A stretch of 64,000 nucleotides of DNA from Cyanophora paradoxa CCMP329. Lineage: Eukaryota; Plantae; Glaucophyta. Every line of letters begins with the position of its first letter. Position 1 is the first letter of the stretch. The DNA lies in the NCBI GenBank assembly GCA_004431415.1, contig QPMI01000401.1, positions 290,122 through 354,121 on the forward strand. The letters run 5' to 3'. The notes beneath the pieces were generated by a model. That model had not been told where the DNA came from. It saw only the letters and a list, made by a program, of their open reading frames with translations, and did not search any database. Shown one piece after another: positions 36,290 through 47,916 of the stretch. Both the position numbers and the translations under genes were made by a program.

Positions 36290-37073
36290 GGAAGGAACTG
36301 GGACAGGTCCATAATACTCAAGATCTCTCTTATGGTCTTCTCACTAACAAGCTTCTCTCCATTTGCATACACATTGCTGCCATGGATATTTCGCCATTGC
36401 TGGTTCGAATTCCAAGGTCTTTCACATTGCTATACAAAGCAAAAGGTGCCTATCCATTTCAACAAGATCAGGATGTAAATGGATTGCTACTGGCTGACTG
36501 GGGCTTACTGTTGATTGTAATTGATGGCTTTTTTTGATGGACATCTTTTGGAGTAAAGAACCCAAAGGCTCATTCCTTGCAAAGTCATATGTAATATCCT
36601 TGGGGTAGACATCATTTGTGTAGGAGACCTGATTTGTGTTGGCAATGGGACCCACTTGCAATACTTGGGGGACCTCAGCTTTTGCAGTGCTGCCCTCATT
36701 GTAAATTCGCAAACCTGTGTTCTGTTTGCCCTGCTCATCTTGAACATTGAAAATCAATCGACCACTATCAACCTAGAAGGTATATCTGGGTGAGTGCCAC
36801 TGGTTTTGAGTTTCCTAGGTCTCCTTCTTGTTGCTTTGATCTCTGCTACTTGGTTGCTTTCACATTACCCAAACTAAAAGCAACACTGACATTCTTTATC
36901 TGGATCGGTTTGATTCACAGCATGCTCCCTTGATTGAGTCTTGGATGAATTATCGGAGCTGTGGTCGATTGAAACTGAACCCTTTACTTTAATGTTATCA
37001 AAGTTCACATGCTTGGTGCTGCTTGCATTATCATCTTGAATGTTTCTAGATTTGGTGGGTAATTGAAGCTCAT
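36290..37073 (-). pseudogene. Hypothetical viral protein, frameshifted
   Basis: ATG at 37073 preceded by TAGTAAAAG. Coding-like segment IFNVQDEQGKQNTGLRIYNEGSTAKAEVPQVLQVG. No family recognised. Confidence 0.4.
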
Positions 37074-37116
37074 GGCTTTTACTATATGGATTTATAAAAT
37101 TCCTGATAAGTAAAAG

Positions 37117-38092
37117 ATGCCTCTCAAAGTAGTTCTCAGTTTGTCAGGGGAGGTGCAAGGGGCATTATCATAACCAGGCTGCTAAAGAAATCGAAAATCG
37201 AACTGGCAGAGAATAATCGATCTTGTGGATCTTGTGAGTGGAACACTTCCACTGGTGGGATCATTGCAATAGGTTTGAATATAAGGCATCCTGATAAACC
37301 AGGTGAACCTAAACTGACAGCAAACGATTTACACAATATTTACCTAACTCAACTGCCCTTGATTTTCGCAAATCCTCGAAATATATCGAAAATGCCCTTT
37401 TTAATAACATGATGTGGGACCCTTGGAGACTGCAATCAATTCAGTTACTGGTGAATACAGGATTCCCTAAAGGACATTGTGATCACCTTTGATGACTCAG
37501 AATATGAAACCAATATTTATCACAAATGACAACAATTACAACTTTATGCCTTGTAAGATTGCTGCTAGGGCTACTTCTGCTGCTCCTACATATTTCTCTC
37601 CTGTAAGCATTGTTGATTTCAATCGGGGAGTATATGTCTGTCTATTGATGGTGCCATTTCGGGAAACAATAATCCCAGTGTGTGTGGTTACAGCCATGCA
37701 AAGAAGATTTACAGTGATGATGATGATATATAGTAATAAGTATATCTTGTGGAGGTGGACCCACATTTAGAGTCTGATTATGTGGGTTATGCTTATGAGA
37801 CTGTAAACAGCTGGGCATTCTCTCATGGATTGCCTCAACAGATGGAAGCCCATTGATTAACATGCTCATGGCTGCAAGTGAGCTTTCTGCCCTTGATAAG
37901 ATGGAGGAGTTGTACCCTACTATGATCAGATTATGGGAGATATAGGCTATCAGTCCCACTTCCAAATCCATATAGTAAGCTCCCTTGATGACACTTCTAA
38001 ATCCCAGATATGCTTGCATTTGAAACATACATTAAGCAAACAATGATATGATTAATAAGCTTTGCAGCATTCTAGTAGCAAACTATGAATAA
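37117..38092 (+). pseudogene. Patatin-like phospholipase (frameshifted)
   Basis: VLSLSGGGARGII (oxyanion hole), DLVSG-TSTGGIIA (nucleophile elbow, across a frameshift), ARATSAAPTYFSP, and IDGA...NNP. Confidence 0.88.
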
Positions 38093-38614
38093 AGAACCCT
38101 TCAAAGGCTTATACTCTCACTACTATACCTCCTTTGGATGCAATTGGTAGCTTGCAGATGATGATTCACTGCCTCATCCTCTGTGACAGGTAAAGAGCTT
38201 TCATGGCTAGACCTTCAGCATTTGGCTGGGAAGCTGGAGCCTATGCTCCTGAGCAGATATGGGAAACCCCCACTGAATACCTTCAAGTTGCTTTCCCATA
38301 TACTTTTGAACTCTCTCTGTGATTGGTATGTCAGGGACACCAATGCTTTTATTAAGACTTTCAATGTGGCAACATCCACTGATGGGATCAACTGGTCTTT
38401 TATTCGATCAGATGGGCAAAACAAAATATATGTCTGTGAGAACATTAACAATGCTCACAACTCAGGTGATGTTGGCTCTATTGAGTGGATTTCTCAGCAT
38501 CAAGGATGCTTTTTAGGTTTTTCTCTCAGAATCAAGTATATTCGCATTTATCCCCTTGTGTATGTGAATGCTCCCACAATGAGAGTTGACTTTACAGGTG
38601 CCTTTATTCGATAA
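38085..38614 (+). pseudogene. Discoidin / F5-8 type C (FA58C) domain protein (frameshifted)
   Basis: EYLQV..., FIKTFNVATSTDGINW, IKYIRIYPLVYVNAPTMRVDFTG: the FA58C C-terminal signature. Confidence 0.8.
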
Positions 38615-39525
38615 ACTCCAACTGAAAAGAATTATCGATTCCATTCATATCAATCAGTTCACCAAAGTAATCTTTAAACTCAACTGTGAGTTCCCTTATC
38701 ACCAGGTTTCTGTCATTTATTGAATGAATTCTGCATGTTCACCACTATGGTAAACATAGCCCTATATCTTTACTCAATTGCAATCTAAGGATTGCCCCTG
38801 GTTTTGTGGTTGCGATTTCGGAATTATATTGTGTCTGCTGGCAAAGGGGACAGCTCTTTAATATGCATGTACAGATACTGCTCAGCATTCATATCAGACA
38901 TCTTCCTGCTGTCAAAATAATATTGCAAGGGCTTAGAGAGAGTCTGGGTCCTGAAAGGTGATTCCCCATGCTGGGTGATCAGGTGTAATAGGTTTGCCAT
39001 CATACTTTAAAAGGTTCTCAGGTCGATAGGGTGATCCACCAACAGGAGGAGTGCTATAATACCCATTGGTGTATTCAGTAGAACTCACACCCAAAAGCTT
39101 CCCTATTCTCTGGTTGCTTGCAATAAAACGAAACTCATGGTTACTGTAAAACTCCACTTTATAGGTAGTTGGGTTATAGAATATCTTGAACTCAAAAGCT
39201 ACTGTTTTGCCTGCAATGGTTTGGAAGCTTGAATAGTTCAGCCCATAATTATAAGGGTGTGTGACCCCAAAATGACCCTGATTATGTAGCCACTGGGAAG
39301 GGGATACACTTGTTGTGTGATGATTTCATTGTATGAACCATCTTGGTAATTAAACTGAACTGTTAGATGATCAGTTCCCACACTGTTATAGATACTGTTT
39401 GGAATCTCTGCATATAGAACCCTGCATTCCTTGGTCTCTCTACTGGAGTTGTGAGGGTGACCCTGTAAGAGTTTTCATTTTGTCCTTGGCTTCTATCCCT
39501 GCTATCAATATTAACAGCGGTTCAT
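38604..39525 (-). pseudogene. Minor capsid (penton) protein 1, frameshifted
   Basis: Minus strand reads VNIDSRDRSQGQNENSYRVTLTTPV...RVLYAEIPNSIYN and ends ELTVEFKDYFGELIDMNGIDNSFQLEFIE*, the single-jelly-roll penton signature. Confidence 0.85.
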
Positions 39526-39554
39526 TTTAATATATAAATATAGATAAAAGAAGA

Positions 39555-40563
39555 ATGCCTGTGGATTACATCGAGGTTAGCTCATTTAATACAATCTCTG
39601 GTGATGGTCCCACATCAAGCTTTGTGGCTAGACTCCCCAGTAGTTATGAGAATGTGAGGGCTGTGAGACTGGTCTCAGCCGAATTTTATAACAGCATCCC
39701 TATGGTGAGTGGTGAAACCAAAGCAGGAGATGTGACAGTTGACAATGCATTTAGCATTTATTATTCTGAACAAACTCCTGGAGCTGGAAGCTCAGGAATT
39801 CCAACAGTTCGCCCAGCTGCTGACTATGAACAATGGAAACAATTCATTATAAGTCGAAACACCCCCCATCCAAAGCCACCAACAACTGGTGAATGTAATT
39901 AACTCTAAATTCGAAGGCAGAAATCCCCAACCATCCATTCGCTGCAAATGGGATGAATCACTGAAACGAATTATATTCCACTCAGCAGTACCATTTTACT
40001 TGGCTTTCTCAGTAGCTGTGAACCCAAGCCAACAAACAATCCAAAAGCTGTTGAGTTCAGCTAGACTGCTTGGTCTTGATCCTGGAAGATATGGTAATTC
40101 CCCAATCCAATCACAGGTTATGATGCTCTCACTGATGGAATCTTTACTGGTGGTCGAGTGAATGGCATTATATCTTCTTTTGAGCCTGAGAAGACCAGGG
40201 ACAGTGTTTTGTTTGTGAGAGTAAAGGAGCTGGGTGATCTGGTGCAATGTGGGGATGGTCTTCTGACTGGTTACTTTCACAAAATAGTGGTCCCTGACAA
40301 AGATTATGGTGAGCATGTAGTTTACAATTCACAGAGGCTCATCCACTTTACAAATACTATAATAAGAAGGTTGGATTATCCACTTTCTCGGTTGATATTG
40401 TAATGCTATTAATGAACCAATTGATTTTGAGGGTCAACCTGTTCATCTGACCTTTGAAATTCGCTATGGTGATGAGCCAGCAGGGGACCCAGTTTATGAA
40501 TACTTTAAGATGCGAATGTCACAGCTTCACCCTTCCTATCCAGTTATTACAAACTTCGCATAA
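39555..40563 (+). pseudogene. Minor capsid (penton) protein 2, frameshifted
   Basis: YIEVSS...SSFVARLPSSYENVRAVRLVSAEFYNSIP; C-terminus IRRLD...NAINEPIDFEGQPVHLTFEI. Confidence 0.8.
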
Positions 40564-40614
40564 ATTAAGGATCATTGGTAGATTTTTTATGTTGCAGTAT
40601 AATAAAAGAGAATA

Positions 40615-41948
40615 ATGGATATCACTTCCACTCTTCAAAGACTTTCGCTGAAAGAAGCCCTAACAACCCCAGAGGAGGCGAAAGCCTTTTTCCTGGATAA
40701 CTCCCTTATGCTTGGTCTCGAATCCAAGTCTAAGCCAGTTCTAGTTGTTGTGAATCCCAGCAATACTTTTGAGAATAATGTTGGAAATCGCATTTCCTTC
40801 AAGCTACCTCGCTACAATTTCTGTGGAAAACTCGAACTTGCTTTCGACCTTCCAGATCACTTTTGCTGGTGATAGATCTAGTTCGCAATGGATACACTCG
40901 CCCAGTTGGTGCTTTAGTTCAGCGACTTGAAATTACCTATGGATCTTACACCTACCATATTCCCTGATTTCCTTGCTCATTTCCCCCTGGTCTATTATTC
41001 GGAGGATCAACTAGCTAAAAAGAAACGATCAATGGGCATGGTTCATGGCATCCCTGCTCATGGAACCAACCGACTTGGTGGCTCATTTTTCGTTGAAATC
41101 CCAGTGCCTTGGCTAAATCACTACCTTCCCCTTGGTGCTTTATCTGGTGAAATGGTTGTTACTGTTTGGTTTAAGGATGCTGGAAAGGGTTATGTTGAAA
41201 CTTCCTATGGTGGTCGTCTCTCCCTGTTGTTGGACAGCTGCTGATAAGACAGAAGATGATGGTCTTGGAACTGCAATGCTACACTGCCCATGTTGGTCAA
41301 AACATCACACTTTCAGTCTTGGTGCAACAACCCTGTATTTCAATTACTTCTCCTCGCCTTTACATGCATGCTATTAATGTTTCTGATGAGCTTTTCGCTA
41401 CTGTAATTGAAAAAGTAAAGACTACTGGCATGGCTATTCCCTCCCTTGATATTGGATTTGTAGATGCTATGCTTTCTGCCAAGGGCAATGCCCAACCCAA
41501 TCGAATTAACCTCTCTCAAATCTCAGGTCTTGTTATGCTCTGCTTGTTTCAGTTCGTGATAATGAACTGTTGACAAATCCAATGGCTCCCACAGTGTTCT
41601 TAAGACCTATGCCAACTCCAAAGACATAACATTTCACTGAAATAAATGGTCAGCGACTTTTTGCCACTGAGCCAATTTCCCTACTCAAAGGTGCTGAGCT
41701 AATTGCTGATGCCTTCAAATGCTCTAACATGGATAAGGTTGCTGATCGCTATGTCCTTTCAGGATTATTTCTGCCTTGATGGAGAAAAGGCGATTCGAAA
41801 TATTGCCAGTGGTTTGTTGATGACAAATTCCTCATCTTCATTCCTCACCTCTACATGCCCAGATAAGGTAAATCGATGTTAATGTTCGCGCTTCATGCAT
41901 AGTTTCCTCATTATAGACGGTTCAGGTGTTCGTAGAATCAATTTATAG
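40615..41948 (+). pseudogene. Major capsid protein (double jelly-roll, PLV type), frameshifted
   Basis: ~440 codons between the penton and ATPase genes. GNRISFKLPRYNFCGKLELAFDLP and FFVEIPVPWLNHYLPLGALSGEMVVTVWFK resemble PLV/Polinton MCP strands. Confidence 0.75.
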
Positions 41949-42012
41949 ATTGTTACGATATTCAGTCTCCCTGCATTATTTTTATCTGTCTTTATTTAGA
42001 AGATATACAACA

Positions 42013-42712
42013 ATGACAAGATTTAGAAGAGTTTAATGTTTCTGAAATGATAAATGTTCAGAGCCATTTTATAGGCAAAAGTTGTACTGGTAAAAAGCGA
42101 ATGTGTAAAGTATTGGTTAAAGCAATTACATGATGCCAAAGATTGATGTTGTGTAGTTGTGAGTGGACCAGCTTCAATCATTTCTGGGATAGTTGCAACA
42201 TGCAACTGGAAATGGGATGCCCCTTACATTTAAATTGCTAGATGAAAGGCAGAGAAAATAGAAAAAGGTGAACCTGTTAACCATGTGTGTTGGTTAGATG
42301 ATTTAATCGATAATGAGATAATTGATTTAACACAAGAGAAATGGTCTCTCTGTATTCCAGAGGTCGCCATTCGAAAATATCCATTATCTGCATCACACAA
42401 AAGCTAAGAAAAGTCTCTTCGACTATTCGAGTTAATTCGATTATGCTGTTTTCTAAGTGCTGCAATCGCAAAGAACTTGAAGCCATAGAGGAAGAATACA
42501 ATATAATGCGAAAAAAGGATTTTACAAGATGTTTGAAGAGTATGTTCACTCCTATCAGTATATTTTGGTCCTCTGCAAACTACTCAGTTAAATACTATGT
42601 AGATAAAGCTGAGCTTGTGAAAGATTTCCCATTTCCTCGCTTCCACAGAAAGCCAAAAAAGAAAGAAGATGAACTGAAACCACCAGAGAAAGAGGAAGCC
42701 CCAAAGAAGTGA
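42013..42712 (+). pseudogene. A32/FtsK-HerA DNA packaging ATPase, frameshifted
   Basis: Walker A FIGKSCTGK, Walker B CWLDDL, A32-specific SRGRHSKISIICITQ, and STIRVN. Confidence 0.88.
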
Positions 42713-42790
42713 AAAGCCAAGTCCATAGCAATAAATTGATGCGATATAAACGCGGTTTATAAAATTATCTCTCATTCTAATAAAGATACA

Positions 42791-43470
42791 ATGCCTCCCA
42801 AACGAAAGATAGGGATCCCAGCTGGGGCTGTTGGCTATTCAGGTGGTGGAAACAATGGATCCATTAACACTGAACCAATGAAATTCAATGGTATGAAAGG
42901 TGAAGCCCTCACAACAAGAAGACCCCTCAATGCTGCCTATGAGGAATCAGTCGATGACAAAGCCCCACAGGCTTCAACCAGTGACCAACTCAACATTCAC
43001 CTGAGAAGCCTCAAAATGAAGCTGTTGCTGAGGGTGCCAGGCGAATTATTGGTGCTGCTGATGATAAAGGTTTAGGCTTGCAAGATCTTTCACTGGCTCG
43101 CAAAGGTGAGGGTCTTAGTAAGGAATCAGACAAGGTAATTCAGTCTATGGCTGGTGAAGTCACATACAAGACTGCTCCCACTCAAAATATTCATCGAATT
43201 CCCAAGGCTCAATGGGATGAGATGACTGCTAAACTCAAAGATCTGGAAGCCAAATCAAGTGCCTTGGAGCAGTATGTTACTGAGAAGAAAGAGAGAGCCA
43301 AGCTAAAGGAGATGCTTCGAAAGGAAGTTTATAAAATGGGCATTACTGGTGTCCCAGATAAACAGTTTATTGCTAAGAAAGAGAACCAAATCGATGAGCA
43401 GGCAGTAGATGAAATGAAAACAAAGACCCAAAGGGAACCATTGAACCTGGTGCCACCAAAGCTGAAGTAG
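42791..43470 (+). CDS. Hypothetical viral protein (frameshifted, coiled-coil C-terminus)
   Basis: ORFs 42791-43075 and 43078-43470 appear contiguous. The ATG is preceded by the viral TAATAAAG motif. Confidence 0.5.
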
Positions 43471-43792
43471 AAAAGGGAGTAGCCCCACAGTATATAAAAG
43501 ACGAGTTTGGCTTTAATTTCTCTGTTTTATTAGAGACATGGATATAATACGAAAGTTTTTCGAGATGTTCAGTCTGCATGTGGTGAGCAATTGCCACAGT
43601 GGATGCTTGTGACAACAGTGGAGTTTGAGATGTCAGATACTGAGGATAATGCCTCAGAAGCAAGAGAGAGAAGGAGGTCTACAGTTTCTGTGGAGTCAAT
43701 GCCAGCAGACCCCACAGAGTATACATATGAGCAACAGGAGTATCCAAGGAGAAGTTCTCTGCCAGCAGAAAACGTTTTCTCTGGGAATATAA

Positions 43793-43990
43793 ATGGAGGA
43801 TACTATTAGTTTAATCGAGTTTACCAGTGATGAACCTGTTACTGAGGGTTCTATTAGACACATTCTAGCAATGCAGAAACGATATAGAGAGGACCCAGCA
43901 TATAGAGAGTATAAAAGCAACAAGCCCTGGCATCCTATTATCGCAGAAAAGCCCAAAAAGAGGAGCAGAGACCCAGAGGAGACCGATTAA
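43793..43990 (+). CDS. Small hypothetical viral protein
   Basis: 65-aa ORF with an AT-rich leader. QKRYREDPAYREYK resembles the RKYRENEEYREQK motif of the neighbouring ORF. Confidence 0.45.
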   Translation: MEDTISLIEFTSDEPVTEGSIRHILAMQKRYREDPAYREYKSNKPWHPIIAEKPKKRSRDPEETD

Positions 43991-44187
43991 ATATTATTTG
44001 CCTACTGAAGTAGCAATGGACCCCCAGGTCTATAAGATAATTGAGAAAAAGCGGTCTCAGTATGCCACTGAGGCAGCTATAAAAGTTTACAGACAGGAAC
44101 TGGTGTTCGCAACAAAAAATGACTTAAGGAAAAAGTAGATAGATTGTATTGAGGAAAAATTATTTTCGTATCTACTATTAAAGAGAA

Positions 44188-44514
44188 ATGCCGAATATCC
44201 GCAAGATACTCACAGATGATGAAAAAGCAGAGAAGCTGAGACTGAAAAGGGAGCAAGATGCCCAAAGAAAACGCGAAGCCTATCATAAAAAGAAGCAGGA
44301 ACGATTATCCCAAGGAGCCGCTACAGTTCACACACCAGAAGAACTCAAAAAGATTGCCCTCAGACACCAGAGGAAATACAGGGAAAATGAAGAATATCGC
44401 GAGCAAAAAAAGGCAAAAGCGCTGGAATATTACCACAAGAAGAAAGATGAACAGCCCAAGAAACCCAAAGAGCATAAACCGGTTGGAAGACCTCGGAAAT
44501 ATATCGAAGAATAA
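44188..44514 (+). CDS. Basic K/R/E-rich DNA-binding protein with C-terminal AT-hook
   Basis: Intact 108 aa with KPVGRPRKY AT-hook. Upstream TATTAAAG motif. Confidence 0.65.
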   Translation: MPNIRKILTDDEKAEKLRLKREQDAQRKREAYHKKKQERLSQGAATVHTPEELKKIALRHQRKYRENEEYREQKKAKALEYYHKKKDEQPKKPKEHKPVGRPRKYIEE

Positions 44515-44730
44515 ATTCTCGATCGAAACAAATTTTGTAGAAATCGATTTGATCGGAGGCAAAAAAATGACAGCTTTCTTCCCTCTTTTTTAAAACTGTA
44601 CCTATATATCGAGACAGTATCCCGACCCAAAACTACTTAAGGACTTGGCAAATAATAGGATATATATAAAAGACAATTCCTCCTTCCGAAATTATTTTCT
44701 TCGTTAAAGGTAGAAGTCCCCAAAATCGAA

Positions 44731-47277
44731 AATGAACAAAATCGAGAAATTCGCCACCCCTGTTGAAAATGCTACATTCCTTAGTACTCTCATTGGTGAT
44801 CGCAACAAGGTCACCCATGTATTTGATTCTGCGAAGATGCCCTTGAAGCCATTGATAATAGCAAGGTTAAGACCTGGGCTGAATGCATTCAGCCTGAACA
44901 AGTGACCAGAGTTTACCTGGACCTGGATAAATTCGCTGATTTGAAGGAGAACATTGCTGATAACTATGCTGAGGCGAAACTGTTGTAAGAGAGATGAGAG
45001 ATAAGCTATGGAAGCGATCTGGGACCACTTCTATTAACGATATTGCTGTTGCAGTTCGCCATAGAAGGGTTTATTTGATCAAGGAGGATGTCACCAAGTT
45101 CAAGATCTCAGCCCACTTTATCATTAAATCGCTTGCATGCAAACATGAAGATATCCCCAAGCTTTTCAAAGCTATGGGATTGGTGAAAAATGAGGATTAT
45201 GACAGTGGAGTTTACAGCTCCACACAGAACCTATCTGCCTCAATTGCTGCAAAGGTGAGACTCTGGATGCTCAAAATAATCAAAAAAGATGTTGATAAAA
45301 CGTTTGCTTTAAGAAATTCGTTGACTGTGACAAGTGTTATGCGAAATGAGGACTTCTTGTATCTTTCTTCTCAGCTTCTACTAAACTTGTGGATGAATCG
45401 AATATTTCTGCATTCGCAAATTATAGCCCTGAGCCAAAACCAGTTAAAAGGAGCCAAAAAGTGATAAAGTGAAGACTGAGAACGTAGAAGCTGAAAAAGA
45501 CACTGAACCCGAAATCCTGTTACTTTCGAACTGCTACAAAGTGTTATAATGGGTCTGAATGGTGAGAGAGCTAATGAGTATAAAACTTGATTGAGTAGGA
45601 CTGGTCATCATCAATGTTGGGAGACAACAAGTTCACCCCTAAAATGCAAGCTGAACTCTTCCACCAATCTCAGAACAGAGTGACAAGTATGATTATGATG
45701 AATGCCAGGAGAAGTTTACACAGCTTCGCAGAAGCAAGAAGAAGCTGAGCCTGGCAAAGTGTTGACCTTCAAATCCTTGGTTTATTGTTGAGCAAAGATA
45801 ACAATGAGCTTTTCAAGGAACTCTTCCCCAAAAGTATGCATTCCTACCAGAGGACACAGATGAATCGATTACAATACTGCAAGTATCCTCCTTTGGCTGA
45901 CATTACAAGTGCATAAGAGTATTTCAATGCTCGAATGCATCATGTTGAAAATGTTGGTTGTGTGATGCTCTGGGATGAACAACTACTTTGCTGGATGCCC
46001 AAAGATATTGGGAAGCTCTCTACAAAGCATTTCCCCACTTGATGCATAAGGTGATTGTGAATGAGGGACAGATAATGAGAAAGAAGAAATGGGAGCAATC
46101 ATTTAGGAAATGGATTGTGGATCCAACAGCCACAAGATCAACTTACATGGATTTCCTCCACCTCTGCTACTCTCAGTGCAAAATGCAAGTCTGTATTTAA
46201 TCTCTATCCAGGATGAAGGTCGACCATTCAGCAATTCGAAAATGCTCCAGAGGATGTAACTGCTGAGATGATTAAGCCTTTCCTTGATCACTTGTTCTTA
46301 ATGTCTGTGAGGATCAAAATACCTATGAATATCTGTTGAAATGGTTTGCCCACATGCTGCAAAAGCCTGGGGAACTCAATGGAGTATCCTTAATCTTCAT
46401 TGGTGAGCAGGGAACTGGTAAAAATGTGTTGGTTGATACTTTCCAAAAGAGATACTTGGAGATGCCCTAAGTTATGCAACTGGAAAGCCAAAAGAGATTG
46501 TTTGGTCGATTTGCCACAATAGAGGATAAGATCTTGATTGTTGTGAATGAAGCCTCAGCAGGACACATTCGAAAATAATGAATGCTCAAGATCTCATAAC
46601 TTCTGATAAGATTGTAATTGAAACAAAGGGATAGATTCATACACAAAAAAGCAACTTTGCCAGGATTATATTCACCAGCAATAACAACATTCCAGTGAAA
46701 ATTGAAGCTGGAATAGGCGATTTGTGGTTGTTGAAGTTAGTAAGAAATTCGCAAAGGATAGGTCATACTTCCTTCCACTTGTAAAATGCTTAATGATCAC
46801 TGCAATATTCGAAACATTGCCCACTATTTGAGAACCAAAGTTGAATGTGAGGAGTGAACTGGATTGCTGATAGACCCCTACAAATAATACTATTTAGCCC
46901 ACAGGTGTGCGCTCCAATCATTCTTATGTTCACTAAGTGGCTTGTGGATCGAGGCTTATTTCCGAGAATAAATGCAAGTTGGTAGCCTTGTGGAAACCTG
47001 GAAGTGGTTCCAGGAGTTTATTACCAGCAATAAATATAAAAACGATTATAATAGTCGCCGATATTATACTGAAATGAGAAGTGTTACATATATCCAAGTG
47101 AAAACTACAAATGGCACAACAATACTATCATTTCCTATTCCACAAGTATTTGAGGAATTCAGAAATGATGCTGTAGATGATGAGACTATTGAGGAAGAAG
47201 CTAATCCAAGGATGAAACAAGAACTACCTGCTGCTGATCCTGATGCATCAGATTATGACTCTGATGTTGAAGTTTAG
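44731..47277 (+). pseudogene. AEP primase-PriCT2-SF3 (D5-like) helicase, heavily frameshifted
   Basis: AEP motifs RVYLDLDK, KISAHFII, YDSGVYS. PriCT-2-like RANEYK.W...SDKYDYDEC. Helicase YLLKWFAHMLQKPG...LIFIGEQGTGKN, LIVVNEA, RIIFTSNN.IPVKIEAG.RRFVV. Confidence 0.9.
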
Positions 47278-47286
47278 GTTTACTCA

Positions 47287-47463
47287 AAAGTGGACTCACA
47301 GTTGACTCAAATTTATCATAAAAGACCAAACAGTCTTTTATTATGGTTTATTTATCGATTAGGTTGACTAAGTGGGGGGTTGACTCATTTTTCACAGATT
47401 CTAAAAGAGGACTCTGCCCTAAAAAGAAATAAAAGTGCCTCAACTCCACCCACTAAGTCAACC
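47287..47463. promoter_or_regulatory. Iteron/inverted-repeat block (putative origin, copy 2), diverged inverted copy of 27964-28153
   Basis: aaagtggactcacagttgactca...ggttgactaagtggg...gttgactca.tttcacag...cccactaagtcaacc is collinear with the reverse complement of the left-end block. Confidence 0.7.
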
Positions 47464-47513
47464 AAAAAATGATTTAGAGATAGAAAAATATATTTATATG
47501 TAACTAGTAAGAA

Positions 47514-47803
47514 ATGGCTGGAACAGATCATGATTCTGGATCGATCTATATGATTGAGAGTCAGGAAATGAACAAAGTCACATAGGAAGAACCTCACAGC
47601 CACTTCAAAAAGATGGAGACAACACAAATCAGGTCAATGCCATCTACAGCAGACCTATGCAAGGCTTCTGATGTGAAGTTCTCAGTCCTGTATTCAGTAA
47701 GAAGGTGGGCATGAAGACCTAATGAACAGAGAAGCATATTACATGTATCTCTTTGAACCTTGGATAGTCAATTTACAAAACCGAAATCCCGATTTAGGAT
47801 TAA
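47514..47803 (+). pseudogene. GIY-YIG endonuclease, frameshifted
   Basis: GSIYMIES...(Y)IGRTSQPL.KRWRQHK...REAYYM read across frameshifts. Confidence 0.7.
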
Positions 47804-47916
47804 TAGGTTTTTGCGATTCCATTCAGAGGAAGCAGTGGATCCATTAAAACATTTTAAATTGCGTTTAGAACATCCTAAAATAAAATATCCCCTTAGAATA
47901 GGAACAATTAGGAATA

